Shown here: piece after piece, positions 11,609-24,387 of the stretch
Layout of the letters: each line of letters opens with the position of its first letter
How positions within the stretch are numbered: the first letter of the stretch is position 1
Assembly (NCBI GenBank): GCA_951406725.2
Contig: OX597814.1
Coordinates: 187,364,001 to 187,428,000 of the forward strand
Source of the DNA: Octopus vulgaris
Taxonomy: Eukaryota
DNA length: 64,000 nucleotides
Reading direction: 5' to 3'
Position numbers and translations under genes: made by a program
Notes under the pieces: model-generated
Databases searched by the model: none
What the model was told of the DNA's origin: nothing
The model's input: the letters and a program-made list of their open reading frames with translations, nothing else

Positions 11609-14600
11609 GTGACTGAGAAGCAGGCATATCACTCATCCACCTTGCCTCTTAGCTGGCTTTGACAAAACATGAATACATTGTTGAAGACCTGTGCAGATAT
11701 CTAATACAATAGATTTGACTTAAGTCGTGTCAAACCTCACTGTAAATAGCCCAAATTGGATATTTCCTTGGATGCTGATATCAACTCAATATGAATTCAT
11801 TATAAAGAGCAGGCCTTTTATAATTGATTCTGTGTTTCTTGGGTCTTGTATTCAGTTCATTACCAGCTGTCAAATGAAGTTGTTAAACCACATCTCTTTT
11901 TCTCATTATACTCCATATGACGACTGAATTGTTCTAATAGAGGGTCACCTTATGAAGGAAAGACAGAAAAGAAATACCCCACTCAATCAACCCAATATAA
12001 TATCATCACATAAATCCTGAACTATTTACAAATATTTATAACAAAACAGATATTTCTTGTTATTTTTACAAAATATTCAGTAACTTTAATTTACTGGAAA
12101 ACTTTTCTAACATTATATTCAAGCAGCTGAATTTAGAGACACAGTATTATTTTTGAACCTATAATAAACCCAACTTTACTTATGATTTGCACAAAAACAA
12201 AACTGAAGGTATTATTGAGCAGAATATTACTTTGGCTCAAACATGTAGAGTGTACACAGATAAAGCTTTGGGATTTAAGTGACTTGAAGAATTTGTACAA
12301 GTTTATCAACCCCAAATCATTTTATTATGAATCAAGAGTTACTACTATTCTCATAAAGATGCACAAACTAAGAAAATATATACCTCTTGTATTAGTTATT
12401 AAACAAGGATACTAATCTTATATTTTTATTCAGGCAGAATGGATTAATAAATATATAAAGATGATTGGGAACTGTCATTGTATATGATATATATATCAAT
12501 TGTATTTTTAAAAATTACTTTGAAATAATGAGAAAAAGAAATCTGTTATAAGCTTGTCCCTTCAATACTTCCGGACTTTCTCATTCCTCCCCTCACATTC
12601 AGATAGTGATAATTTGAAATGGCCCTCCCACATATGCCTGATCCACTTAATGACCTGCAATATATGAAAATAAATCAATAAGCTTTAGGTTTCTTACAAC
12701 TTGTTCCTCATATGGAGTACTTTCTCAACAGTACAAGTTCCACAACAAACTTATAAAATAAACTTTAGCTCAAATGTTCACAATGAATTATTCAGATAAC
12801 TGTCATTTTACAATTCTCTAAACTACTACAGAAATTTGATACATACAGATTTCATTCATAAAATATAAAAACAGCACATTTTAGAATATATGAGAAGTAC
12901 TGACCCTAATAAAGGTGTTAAACTCAAAGCTTATCACTGCTATTAGTTTTTGCTTTAATGAGCTTAATTAGCTAGATGCAAGCAATGATAAAATCCGATT
13001 TGTGTGTATGTGTGTGTGTGTAAGAATGTGTAGATCAGGACTTAAAGCTGTTATTGTTGACATTTGGAGAGAAAATTGAAGGCAATATTTTTACCAGGGA
13101 TTTTAAGGGTTAAAACCGATGTGATTCTGACTATGTAGGAGTAACTCTAGGTTCAGAAAATGACAGTTCAGTGAACTATTGCTAAACAGAAGATAACTTT
13201 GTTTGTTTTTAAATCTTGTGTCCAAGAAGTATATTATACAAAATACGTATGAACCAGACATGAAGGGCACATTAAAATATGTTCGGTTAATTTGAGTTCG
13301 GAAAATTGGAAGTTAATGCAACTATATGTTATAGAAAGACCAGAGGTTGGTTGTGGTCAGTCCTGAAAAGCAAAATCTGGTATTGTAGGGGTAAGGAGCA
13401 GAGTGGCTATATCATGAAGATGGGCCAAAGATAAAAGGTTTTCAGTAGGGAGGGTCTATTATTAGTGAAGAGGTATTTTTCTTTATCTTGATGTAAACAA
13501 AAAATACTCAACGAAAGAATAAAACAAACTAATTTGATAATGGCCAAATAGATATAAACTGTATCGGGTTTCATTCAAATCTACAAAACTCTAGCTAATG
13601 GAATTTAACCAAAGTATGTAACCCGAAAGCAAAATAACCACAAAACTACCTACATAACCGCCAGTTTATTTAAGTATTTACTAGAAATAACCAGGAAGTA
13701 AATGGTGTAAACCTTAAGAAAACTTAGTCAAGCCGAAATGCTAAGAGCAAAAGTGGCAAGTGAAGGGAGGTTACTAGGCAAAACTATGTAAGTTATGCTT
13801 GAGTAAAAAGGAAAAACCGGTGTTTTCAATGAACTGGCATGCTCTAAAATTATTGAATATGTTAGACTAAGCTTATCTTTACATGAAGACTTTTTAAAAA
13901 CTTTCTTTTTAGTACTTTCTAGTTTTTATTATTAAGAAAAAGTACCGGGTTTAAACATCAGTTAACTCAAACATACAAATGATTTCCGATTGATAAAACA
14001 CCTAAGTCAATTAATTTTCAAGCATGAATTCAAATTCAGAGCAGTTCCTATTCCCAAGAAAGAACAGGAAATCCCACACTATACATATATTTCTGATACA
14101 TCTATTATTCTCTACCTGCTTTACTTCTGACAAATGAATTTTTTTTCGTGTCCTCTGAACAAGGCAACCAGTACAAATGGACCGCCAAACGAAACCTGCT
14201 GTATTTATTTCTAGGATTCTTCTATTGAAACATCTAACCAATTTCATTATTCTGATTCCAAAGAGACAAACCTTACACAAGCATGTGTAAATGTGTCTGC
14301 ATGAATCACCTCCTACTCAATCCTCTACATATTTTTACAATAAGGATGTAAATGTGACTAATGAAAAAAACTGTAACCAATTGAATCATATTTTTATATA
14401 GAAATCTAAAACAAACAAAATTTAAAAGAATGTTACACAAGTATTATGGGGGGTAAAATTGGATGAGGTATCCAAAAAGATGTTTAGATATTCAGTAAAT
14501 CAGAGTAAATAACGACTAATAATCAAACTTTTTGCATAAGCCCGTTATACACAATGTAATTTGAACAACACAATACGAGTAGAGAGAGAAAAAAAAGACA

Positions 14601-16416
14601 TGTTTGGTGTGTTGTAAAGCTAAACACTGGTCAAATACTCTATTTACTAGCATCTTGTTAACATTCATTTTTAGATTAAGAAGCATGCTTTTCAGAAACC
14701 AGGAACAACCTAAAACTATTGTTAACTTTTTAAAACAAGACAAACATAAGAGCCATTTAATAATGTTATGGCGCATAAAGAAATCTTTGTACAAGTCGTA
14801 GTTAGATATTTTCTTTAAAAAATACAAAATTTACTTGATAATAAAAGAGTGTACAAATAGTGCTAATTTCAGATATATTTGCTTAATCGTATATAGACAA
14901 ATAAACCAAATAAGTTTCCCATTGAAAACGATATTCTATCTCCCACTCTTTTATGTGTGTGTGTATATATATAAACATACATATATACACAAAAACATGC
15001 GCGTATAAATATATATAAATATATACATACTAGATTGAAAATATTTACAAAAAATAGGAACTGCATCTATTTTTAAAAACGACATAGTTTATATTTTCTC
15101 ATTATTAAATAATGAAATAATATTAATATTAAAGAAGAAATGCGTAAACAATGAATGGCTCCAAATATTTTCGTGAAACAATTGATCGGTACCTTGGTAT
15201 ACTGTAACAGCTACTCTAAATATAATTAACCTGAGAATATTGTTTGAATAAATATTTCCAATTTAAAATGAGGGAAAACATCACTAAAAATCTTACAGTA
15301 TTAATTTGAATTATCAGATTTTCAAGAGTGAGTAAACAATGGATTGAAAGACAGAAAGAACAAAAGGACCAACGGAGAAACAAGTTGGAGCAACTAAAGA
15401 AAAAACAGCCGTTATATTCGGAATATTTGTGAATAAAAGTGAAAATACGACGATTGATGAGATAATGGGCAAATTAATAAGTTTTTGCATTCAGTTTATT
15501 CGATGACACGAAGATAGTATGAGAAAAGAATGGATATTGGTTGTAAACAATGAATAAATAAGAATCACACTTCTCCATTCCACAAATTTTAACAATAAAA
15601 AGTTGTCAATGAACAAATTAAAAAATAACAGATGACAAAAGATGTATTCAATGAACGGTATTAAAGTGATGCAGACAATAGAACGAGGTTGATTTTTATT
15701 GCTTGTTAGTTTTGTTGTTGACGCTTGTTTTTTTTTGTTTTTTTGGCAAATGGAATCATCAAATGAAACCTTTATTAAAAATGAAGCAGTCTAAATACTT
15801 TAAAACTAGTACCATGAAAAACAAATGTTCTTGAAAAGTTAAACGGGCTGGCTAATTTCATAGAAATGTGTAACATCTGACATAGGCTAAGCAAATTAGA
15901 CAAGAGGGGGGAAATAATGTGATAAGACAGCTACAGTAGATAAAAATTATCAGCAATGTTCAGGGTTGACAACTAGTTTCTAGGTCAAATAAAAAGAAGT
16001 ACGAAGAAAAATAGTTTTAATAAGGAAAAAACAATCGAAATGCAAGAGAGAAAAATGCACAAACAGTTTATACAATAGCTTCGATGTTGGAGAGAAATAT
16101 TGAGGATGTCTACAAGAAAACAGTAAATAACAATAAATAAATAAGGGGTATTCTAAAAGTGAGCGGAAGACGAATAAGATCCATTAATCTAAATTAGTGA
16201 AGAGCGACGTGTTGGAAATAAGATCGGATGAAATAAATACAAATTACCTAGCAATTAATAGCGTAAATATTAGTTGAGAAACTATCACAGATGCAAATGT
16301 TTAAACACCAGACACAAAATAAAACGAGTGTAATCGTTGAAAACAATAACAAATGAAAGTGGAAAAAATTAGCATCTAAGATTTCTCAATTTATAGAAAT
16401 GTTTATAGAATATGTG

Positions 16417-16448
<32 letters not shown>

Positions 16449-16649
16449 AGTTCTAGTTATCCCATCAAGTTTGTTGAGCTAATTACAATGTTGATTTGAG
16501 AAAATAAAAGAATTTAAATGGAACCAGAAAAAAAATAAAAAGAGAAAGAAAAATACAGAAGGAGTCCAATAAAAGAAAACAAATAAAGAATTGTGGGAAA
16601 AGGAGGCTTGGTGAAAAGTAAATAAAAAAAGGGGAAATGATGAAAAGAA

Positions 16650-17108
16650 AGGCTCCATGACACGCAGGCGCAGAACACGGTTGCGAAGAAGCACATGTTT
16701 TCTGGCCAAGGAGGGGACGGAAGAGTCGTAACATCAGAAATCGATTAAGACTAACAAATATAAAATTCTGTGGATGAATAAATTTCAATGTAGAAGGAAA
16801 TAGGAACAAACTAGCTTTAACCAGAAAGAAATAAAAGCGATAATTTGTATGATTTCAGCGGAAGAATAGTTTAAAAGCAAAAACCTGATAGGCATTTTCC
16901 CAACTTCACACGATCCCGCTTATTCTAATATTTACATGACGAATACATATTATAAATTACATTTATTGCATCTATATGCCTAAAAGTTATAAAGTTTAAC
17001 AACTACAGATGAAAACATTAAATAAGGAAGAAAACTTTTACAGCAGCAGCTGTAGTAACTTCGAATGCGACCTAAGAAATGCATGTATGTGCGTATATAT
17101 ATATAAAT

Positions 17109-17139
<31 letters not shown>

Positions 17140-19660
17140 ATACACACACACATGCCCCTTTGCTGTTAGATCATTTACCGGTATATTCATTGATCAGATC
17201 AGATAACGTGCTAAGAAAGAAACATTAGGAAACCGATTTTAAACAAATGTGTAACTAATAGTGAAAAAAAAAAAGTCCTTACCACGTCGAAATCTTCATG
17301 ATTGAAATTTTGTTGTGAAGATCCCACCGTAAAATGTCTGTTGTTAGCTGAGTATTTTAAAGTTTCTTTTCTTTCCAAAAATCTTAAATATTAATCCGTT
17401 CTGTTGCTTGTTTGGGGAAATAACATGCAAACACTGCTGTGTTGTATTAACCTTTTCAGGAGTGTTAAGATTATAAATACATGTAATAATAGATATACAC
17501 GAGTTTGTTATATGTACATATAATAAATATTGATATGTGTGTTTATGAAAATATGTGAGTTATAATATATATAGGCTGTTTTGTCTATAGAAATATATAT
17601 AAATACTTGATGTTGTTTCAAATAATTTTTTATAAATAAATATCAAAATATGTATATATAAGAGAAAGAGAGAGAGAGAGAGAGGGTGATAAAAAAAATA
17701 TATATGAATATATGTGTGTATATCACAAACAACACATACACACACACAGAGAAATTGTAATATGATTACTACTCCTACTACTACTGTTATTGAAAGTGTT
17801 GCTGCTGTGAGGAGTAGTACTTGCGTATTGTAGTGTGGAGGAAGGGAGGGAGGGAAAAATGAGAAAGCGAAGGGAGGGGAAGGAGAAAAGAAGGAATGAA
17901 CGAACGAACTAAGAGGAGACAGAGGAGGCCTTAGCACCTTCGCAACAATGCTATACAGCTTTGTTAATGGCTGATGTACTTCTTGGGTCGTCGCAAAATG
18001 CCCTATTCAGCACTTCCTACACAATAGTCAGTCGGTGCTGATGAATATTAATCAGGGCTAGGGCTGTGGCCCGAGAATGAGGATATGATAACAAGACAAC
18101 TATAGCAGCGAGACACAGAGAGAGAGAAAGAAAGGAAGGAAGAGAGGCGGCGATATATAGAGAGAGGGGGAGAACGACGGCAACAACGGGAGGAGGAGGA
18201 GGACGACGATGAAAACGTTAGCAGCAGCAGCGGTGGAAGTGCTACATTAGTATGACTGGATAACTAGATTGTTTCTCTCTGGTGGTTAGAAGAATTAAAG
18301 CAAATATTTGAATAGATTGTGATCTAAGTATGTTAAGAGAAAGAAAAGGCAATAACAAAACAAAAACCAAAAAGAAAGAAAGACTACAAATAAAAGAGGA
18401 GAGAAAAATCAGGTAACAACTGCAGGTAAATGAGTAAATAAATATAATGTCCCGAATATATTAAACAATTAATGCAATGTCTGACAGAACAATTAATAAA
18501 AAAAAAAAAACGAAAACAAAACAATAAAAATTATCTGCGGAAATATCTAGTTAGATGTAATTTTCAGTTTCTACAAAGGTCATGGATAAAAATCAAAAAC
18601 AAAACCAAAAAAAATAACTCAAGGAAAAAAAATTAATAAAGTAAACAAAAACGGCGTAAACACGGGGTTAGTGTGTGTGTGTGGCGGGGAGAGGAGGGTG
18701 ATGTTGGAGATGTTTGGAATTTTATTTTGAAAAGAAATAATGCCATTTGGAAAGAGATAAGTGAAATAAATCAATGTTTGAATTAGGGAGTGGGAGAAGC
18801 GAGCAGCAAATAAAATAGGCGGATGGTTGGAAGAATACGAAGGAAAAGATTGCTGCTAGGGTAAACAAGTACTGTTTACAAACTAAGGACTATTTATAAG
18901 GTGAACGATTTTATAGAGCCAACGAGATAAGACAAGCCTAAACTTGTGGACAATTTTAACGTCTTGTCAGATTTTTTAATGGTAGAAAAAGGAAAGCCAT
19001 TTTATACGGTATTTTACGGGCTTTGCGCCATTTAATACATATTGCTCTCTCTCTCTCTCTCTTTTTTTTTTCTTTCGGTTTTAATATTTGAAATAAAAAT
19101 AAACTTTAAAAACCTTACAAGGTAGACGAGACATTTTTATTAGCAGTGTACGAGAAGAGGGAGTGTATGAATAGTTTTTCTGATTTGGTGGGGAGGAAGA
19201 AAAGTATTAGTAGTTTTTATTAGTAAGAAACTAGTCAGCAAGTACTTTATGAATATTAATTTGATTCCCTCGCCCCCGTGTCACTACCACCACCGCCGCC
19301 GCCACCATCTGTCTCGCCTCCTCCATTCTCGGTCGGTAAAGCGCTGTTCAACATCTATCTTCAGTTTTAGCTTCTGTCCTGTCCCAGCAAAGCCCAGTGA
19401 TCTGCATAGTGTAACAGAGACAACGTTCGAAGTGCAAATAAATAATGTGGATCGTTGGTTGGTAACTGTGGCCTGTTGCTCCCCCGAGGGAGAGGGAGGG
19501 AGAAGAAAGAGATCTGGCACCTCTCCACACACACACACACACATACACAAACGTCGAGCAGAGAGAGAGAGAGAGGGAGGGAAGAGAAAGAAAGAAAGAA
19601 ATGTAGCGAGTGAAAGGGAGAAAAGGAGAGAGAGAGCAATTAAAGAAATGTGGAGATAGA
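16650..19660. promoter_or_regulatory. Putative unmethylated promoter region
   Basis: SINE-free, elevated CpG, GA-rich tracts. NRF1-like ACGCAGGCGCA (16662-16672), ETS cores (CGGAAG at 16718; CACTTCC at 18011), and two ATGAATATTAAT sites (18041, 19249). Confidence 0.5.
17283..17990 (-). other. Candidate first (5' leader) exon of a minus-strand transcript
   Basis: Donor GTG|GTAAGG at 17283/17282. Lies in a CpG-retaining, repeat-free block. The putative intron below it is strongly A-rich on + (U-rich on the sense strand). The 5' boundary is a guess. Confidence 0.45.
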
Positions 19661-19680
19661 GATCAATGTTAACAACTCAC

Positions 19681-19830
19681 TACATCGCTTCCTTCACCGA
19701 TATCATCACCAAACAATCAGCTAATAAGTTAATATTACTTATGTAACTGGCTTTCTTTTCTTTTATTACATGGTTTCCTTTTCGCTGGTTTCTGCCTGAG
19801 AAAACAGCAGTTTATTTACATCTATTCCTG
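19681..19830 (-). other. Candidate alternative upstream leader exon
   Basis: Donor GTA|GTGAGT at 19681/19680. Further minus-strand donors at about 19119 (CTT|GTAAGG) and 21599 (GCG|GTAAGA). Confidence 0.3.
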
Positions 19831-20489
19831 TTAGAAAAGTCACCACAAATCAATAGAGAAGACGACTACCATAAGTTTGTGATGAATAAACATGCATTAG
19901 ATTAGCTAATTTTGACAGAATATAACAAAGCTGGGCGACATGATGCGTTCGTGGGGGGAAAATAATTATCACGACAGGCATTTTTGATTTGAAAATTTAA
20001 AATGTTAGCTCTGCAAAGCTTTAGATAAACCTAACAACATAATATTAGTATGTCAAAGTAAACGTATGCATAAATACGAATATTTGTATTTGATTTTGTA
20101 CATAGATATATATATATATATGTGTTCACGCCTATCTGTGTGTGCACACGAGAAAGAGAGAAGAGATAAAAATATTGCTCATTCAGGTGGGCTTTTGTGT
20201 ACGTGTGTGCGCGGCCAGGTATAAAGCTACTCTCGACTCTGAGCTCTTAGAAATAAAACCTATATCTATGTGTAAAGCGGAATGTGCTGTGTGCGTGTGT
20301 GTATATACATACACACACGCACTCACACACACACATACAACAGCCCCGCTTTGCACCACACTGCTGTTTACATACATGTATTAGTGTGTGTATGTGTGTG
20401 TGTGTATATATATATATACACACACACGTACAGAGTCGCGCGCAGACATAAATGTACTTATATCACGTATGTTAGACAAACAAACACGC

Positions 20490-20862
20490 TTCAGTGTCGT
20501 TCATCTATTTTTATGTTGTTTGTCATTGGACTACGGCCATGCTGGGGCACCGCATTGAAGAATTTCGGTCGCACGAATCGACCCCAGTACATATTTTATT
20601 TTTTGTTTTCTAAGCCTAGGACTTACTCTGTCGGTCTCTTACGCCGAACCGCTACGTTACCTAGACGCCACCATCTGCGGTTGCACAAACGGTGACGGCG
20701 GACAAACAAACACACACACATACATACACGCCAGGCTTCTTTCAGTTTCCGTCTAACAAATCCACGGTTTTGGTCAGCCCGAGGCTGTACCACGCAGTGG
20801 GAGTGAACCCGGAACTATGTGGTTGCGAAGCAAATTTCTTAACACACAGCCTGCGCCTGCCT
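20490..20862 (-). mobile_element. SINE family A (CpG-retaining copy)
   Basis: Reverse-complement match to family A, with many CpGs preserved. Confidence 0.75.
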
Positions 20863-21840
20863 ATGTGTGTGTGTGTGTTTAATAAAAAAAATATTTGGAT
20901 CTCGGTCAAAATTTTTGACCAAGAATGTTTAGTCGCTAGATTAACTAAACTAATCAGGCTCGTTCGGTTAGTGTATAAGTGGTTGAGTATCCCACAAACA
21001 TGTGTAGTAACTCTTAATGTAATTCTCAAATGGAATTAGCATGACACGGGCTTCAATACAGTTTCCGTAAGGCCATTTCCACTCGTGACACTTGCCCATG
21101 TTGTGACACCGCAGAATCGAAACTGAGTCCATGGTATTGTGAAATGAACTCAAGCATGCGCCCATACACACACACACACACACACACAGACAGAGTATGT
21201 GTGGTGTGTGTGTGTGTGTATGTATATATATATATATATGCGCGAGTACGCGCGCGCAGACGAATTGTGTGTGCGTGTGTATAACGTGCTAAACGCACGT
21301 AAGCATGTACGATAAAACAGCGCGCGCGCGCTTCGCATATTTAAATATAAAATGACTAATAGATTTGGTATAAAATTTATCAAAACGGATGTTGACTATT
21401 TTAGGCTGGGTGTCTGTCTGATTATCTGACAGCAGCGGCAACAGAAGTAGTTGTAGAGAATGAGAAAAACCTGGTAGTCTTCCTATAATGTTTAGTGGAG
21501 TAATTAGAGACGGCAAACATTAACAAATGCTATATAACATGCATAATATTTTATAAGCGACGGAAGCACAGGCTTCACCGAATTGATTTTCCTCTTACCG
21601 CTTGGCTATTTAGCAATCAACGATCACAATAACTTTAGAAGAACATCAATTAACATTTAAAAGTACAGTTATAAATTAAATTGATCTATATTGTTTAAGG
21701 AGGGAACTGATATTTTTTTTCAGTCACGTCTTGACAATCTGTGTTTTTGAACTGAATAGTGAAATTAATGATCGATTGCATAATCTGCTTTTTGTTTTTT
21801 CTTTTTACATGTCGATGATGACTATAAGATCCCGTATGAA

Positions 21841-21965
21841 CCTTTCGGGGTCGATAAATAAAGTACCAGTTTCGCACTGGAGGTCGATGTAATCGACTTA
21901 ATCCCTTTGTCTGTCCTTGTTTGTCCCCTCTATGTGTAGCCCCTTGTGGGTAGTAAAGAAATATG
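21841..21965 (+). mobile_element. 5'-truncated family B SINE with 16-bp TSD
   Basis: TAAGATCCCGTATGAA at 21825-21840 and 21966-21981. Confidence 0.85.
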
Positions 21966-22860
21966 TAAGATCCCGTATGAAGGTGGATGGGGTTGAAACT
22001 TATTTTATCGACCCTCCCGAAACGTAAAATGCAAAAGTCGACGGGATCTGAACTCAGAACATAAAGCGATATAATAACCTGTCATTTTATTTGGTACCCT
22101 ATTGAATTACAGCTAGAGAAATGATTTTTAAGAAGACCACAAATCTGGGGAAAGAAATGTAGATTTAATTGACTTCTATATTTGATTGGTACTTATTTCT
22201 TCAACTTCAAAAGAATGAAAGAAACAGTCGATCCTCTACGTGATCGGAACTAATAACATAAAGCTCATTTAATCGTTTCTATCAGGAATTTGGCCAGATG
22301 TGGGTAGTTGACTATCGATTCCAGTACCTTGGCAGGGTTTGAAATCTGAACGTAATGACCCGGAACATACCTCAAATAATTTTCTCTGACGCTACCTTTC
22401 TTAATAATGGTTTCAAATTTTGGTACAAGCTAGCAAGTTTGCAGGTAGTGGCTAAGTCGATTATATCGATCATATCGACCCCGACGTTCAACTGATGCTT
22501 ATTTTAATGACCCCGACTGGATGAAAGGTAAAGTCAATCCTAGCGGAATTTGGACTCAGAAGGTTAAAAACGGACGAAATGATGATAAACAATTCGCCTG
22601 ACGTGCTAACTCTTCTACTTTTCTTAATAATAATTATCTTTAATTTAGGTACAAGGCTCGGCAATTTTGAGCGGAGGGGAATAATTGATACCGTCGACCG
22701 CAGTATTTGACTGGTGCTTTTAACAATCTCAGAGGGACGAAAAGAAAAGTTGAGCCCCAACAGGATTCAAACTCAGAACATAAAGAGCTGGAAGAAGTAC
22801 CAAAAGGCATTTTTCCAATGCTCTAAAGATTCTGCCAGTTCACACCCTAATAATTATAAA

Positions 22861-23797
22861 TTCTGGTTTTATTGGCCACAAGGGCTAACATAAATCAAAA
22901 AAATATGTAAGGACAAACACAGGATGAAAAGTACAAAGGGTTTTGCAAAAAAGAAAAGTCACAGCGAAAAATATAACAAATAAAACTCCCAATAGGGAGG
23001 GGGTGCTTTGATAGGTTACTTGTGGAAAAACCCATAAAAGCCAAGGGAGCCTGGTCAAAAAGGCGTAGAGAACCCCTTCTCCTTTAATATTACATTTTTT
23101 TTCTTCCCCCAGGTGTAACCTCAGAATTCGTCCCTTCATACTGGCCATTTTACCGACATTCACCCACCTTTCAATAAATTTGCTACAAGACAGCACTTCC
23201 CTCTAAACTCTTGTCTTCCTTTTCAAGTGGAACTTTAAAAAGTTGATGAGGCCTTGGCCAACAAGGAAAGTGTCTGACTTTAGCCCTTTCAAATGGGTCC
23301 ACCACTAGACACTAGGACAAAGGAATATTGCCTTGCCCTCCTGGTTAAAGGAGGTTGGCAGGGCAATCTTCCCTATGGATTCAGCTGATAGCTGGATCCG
23401 TCCTACATGCGACAATAGCTGCTCAACATAAACCCACAGGTCAGCAATACTTGGGCACTGGACAAGTGCTTGCAGAACGGTTTCGTCGCGCTGAGTGCAC
23501 CTCGGGCAGGCCTCGCTGACGGCACTTCCGTGCTGGTAGAGTTTATCTCGAACAGGCAGAGCCCCTCGGTAGCACCGCCAGGCGAGGGACCTTTGGAAGT
23601 TATCCATGAGCCCAGGCCCAAAAGTTCTTACGAACAGACTGTTTAGCTGATAATTGTTGATGCCTAGAGTTTCCCTGAGAATGTCGTTGCACTTTTCCTC
23701 CACTAACCCTCTATAGAACGCTAGAGTGGAACTACTACCGATTGCATTGCCAGCTTGGTGGAGGGCAGTGAGAGCTTGACGGCACTTGTGGTGCCCA
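22861..23797 (-). mobile_element. 5'-truncated L1/Tx1-clade LINE (ORF2 C-terminus with zf-RVT-like motif plus 3' UTR), frameshifted
   Basis: Minus-strand frame reads ...AFYRGLVEEKC...FGPGLMDNFQRSLAWRCYRGALPVRDKL...EACPRCTQRDETVLQALVQCPSIADLW, the CxxC..E(T)xx(H)xxxxC..W zinc-binding region after the RT of L1/Tx1 elements. It continues after a frameshift (VWWTHLKG...FIERW) and ends TTAGCCCTTGTGGCCAATAAA near 22865. Confidence 0.85.
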
Positions 23798-24387
23798 TAT
23801 AATAATAAGTAAGTAATTCTAATTTAGGCGTAAGGCCAGCAAGTTCAGAGGAGGAGGTTAGTCAATTACATCAACCTCAGTGCTCAACTGGTACTTATTT
23901 TATCAACCCTGAAAGGATGAAAGGTAAAGTTGATCTCATGAGAATTTGAACTCAACGTAAAGATGGATGAAATGCAGCTAAGAATGCTAATAATTCTGCA
24001 AGTTCACCAACTTAGTAGTAGTAGTAGTAGCAGTAGTAGTAGTTGTTGTTGTTTCAAATTTTGGTACAAGGCCAGCAATTTCAGGGGTTGGTTAAGTCAA
24101 TTACATCAACCTCAAAAGGGTGCAAAGGCAAATTTGAACTCAGGAAATAGAAAAGCTGCTAAGCATTTTGCTGGTTTCAAATTTCAGTACAAGACCAGCA
24201 AGTTCAGGCAAGGGGGTAAGTTGATTACATCAACCCCAGTGCTCAACTAGTACTTATTTTATCGACCCCCAAAAAGGATGAAAGCCAAATTCAGCCACAA
24301 CAGAATTCAAACTCAGAACAAAAAAGACAAAATTCTGCAAGCATTCTGACTAGTGTGCTAATGGTTCTGCCAGCTTATAATAATGAT

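Noticed and set aside
17968-18063. Possible C/D-box snoRNA or pre-miRNA (TGATGT...CTGA plus an imperfect stem)
   Set aside because: Imperfect C box, no terminal stem, no recognisable rRNA antisense element, and the stem is too short and bulged for a miRNA precursor.
19249-19659. 136-aa plus-strand ORF and overlapping minus ORFs
   Set aside because: Low-complexity His/Arg/Glu runs from simple repeats in a GC-richer promoter region, with no domain signature.
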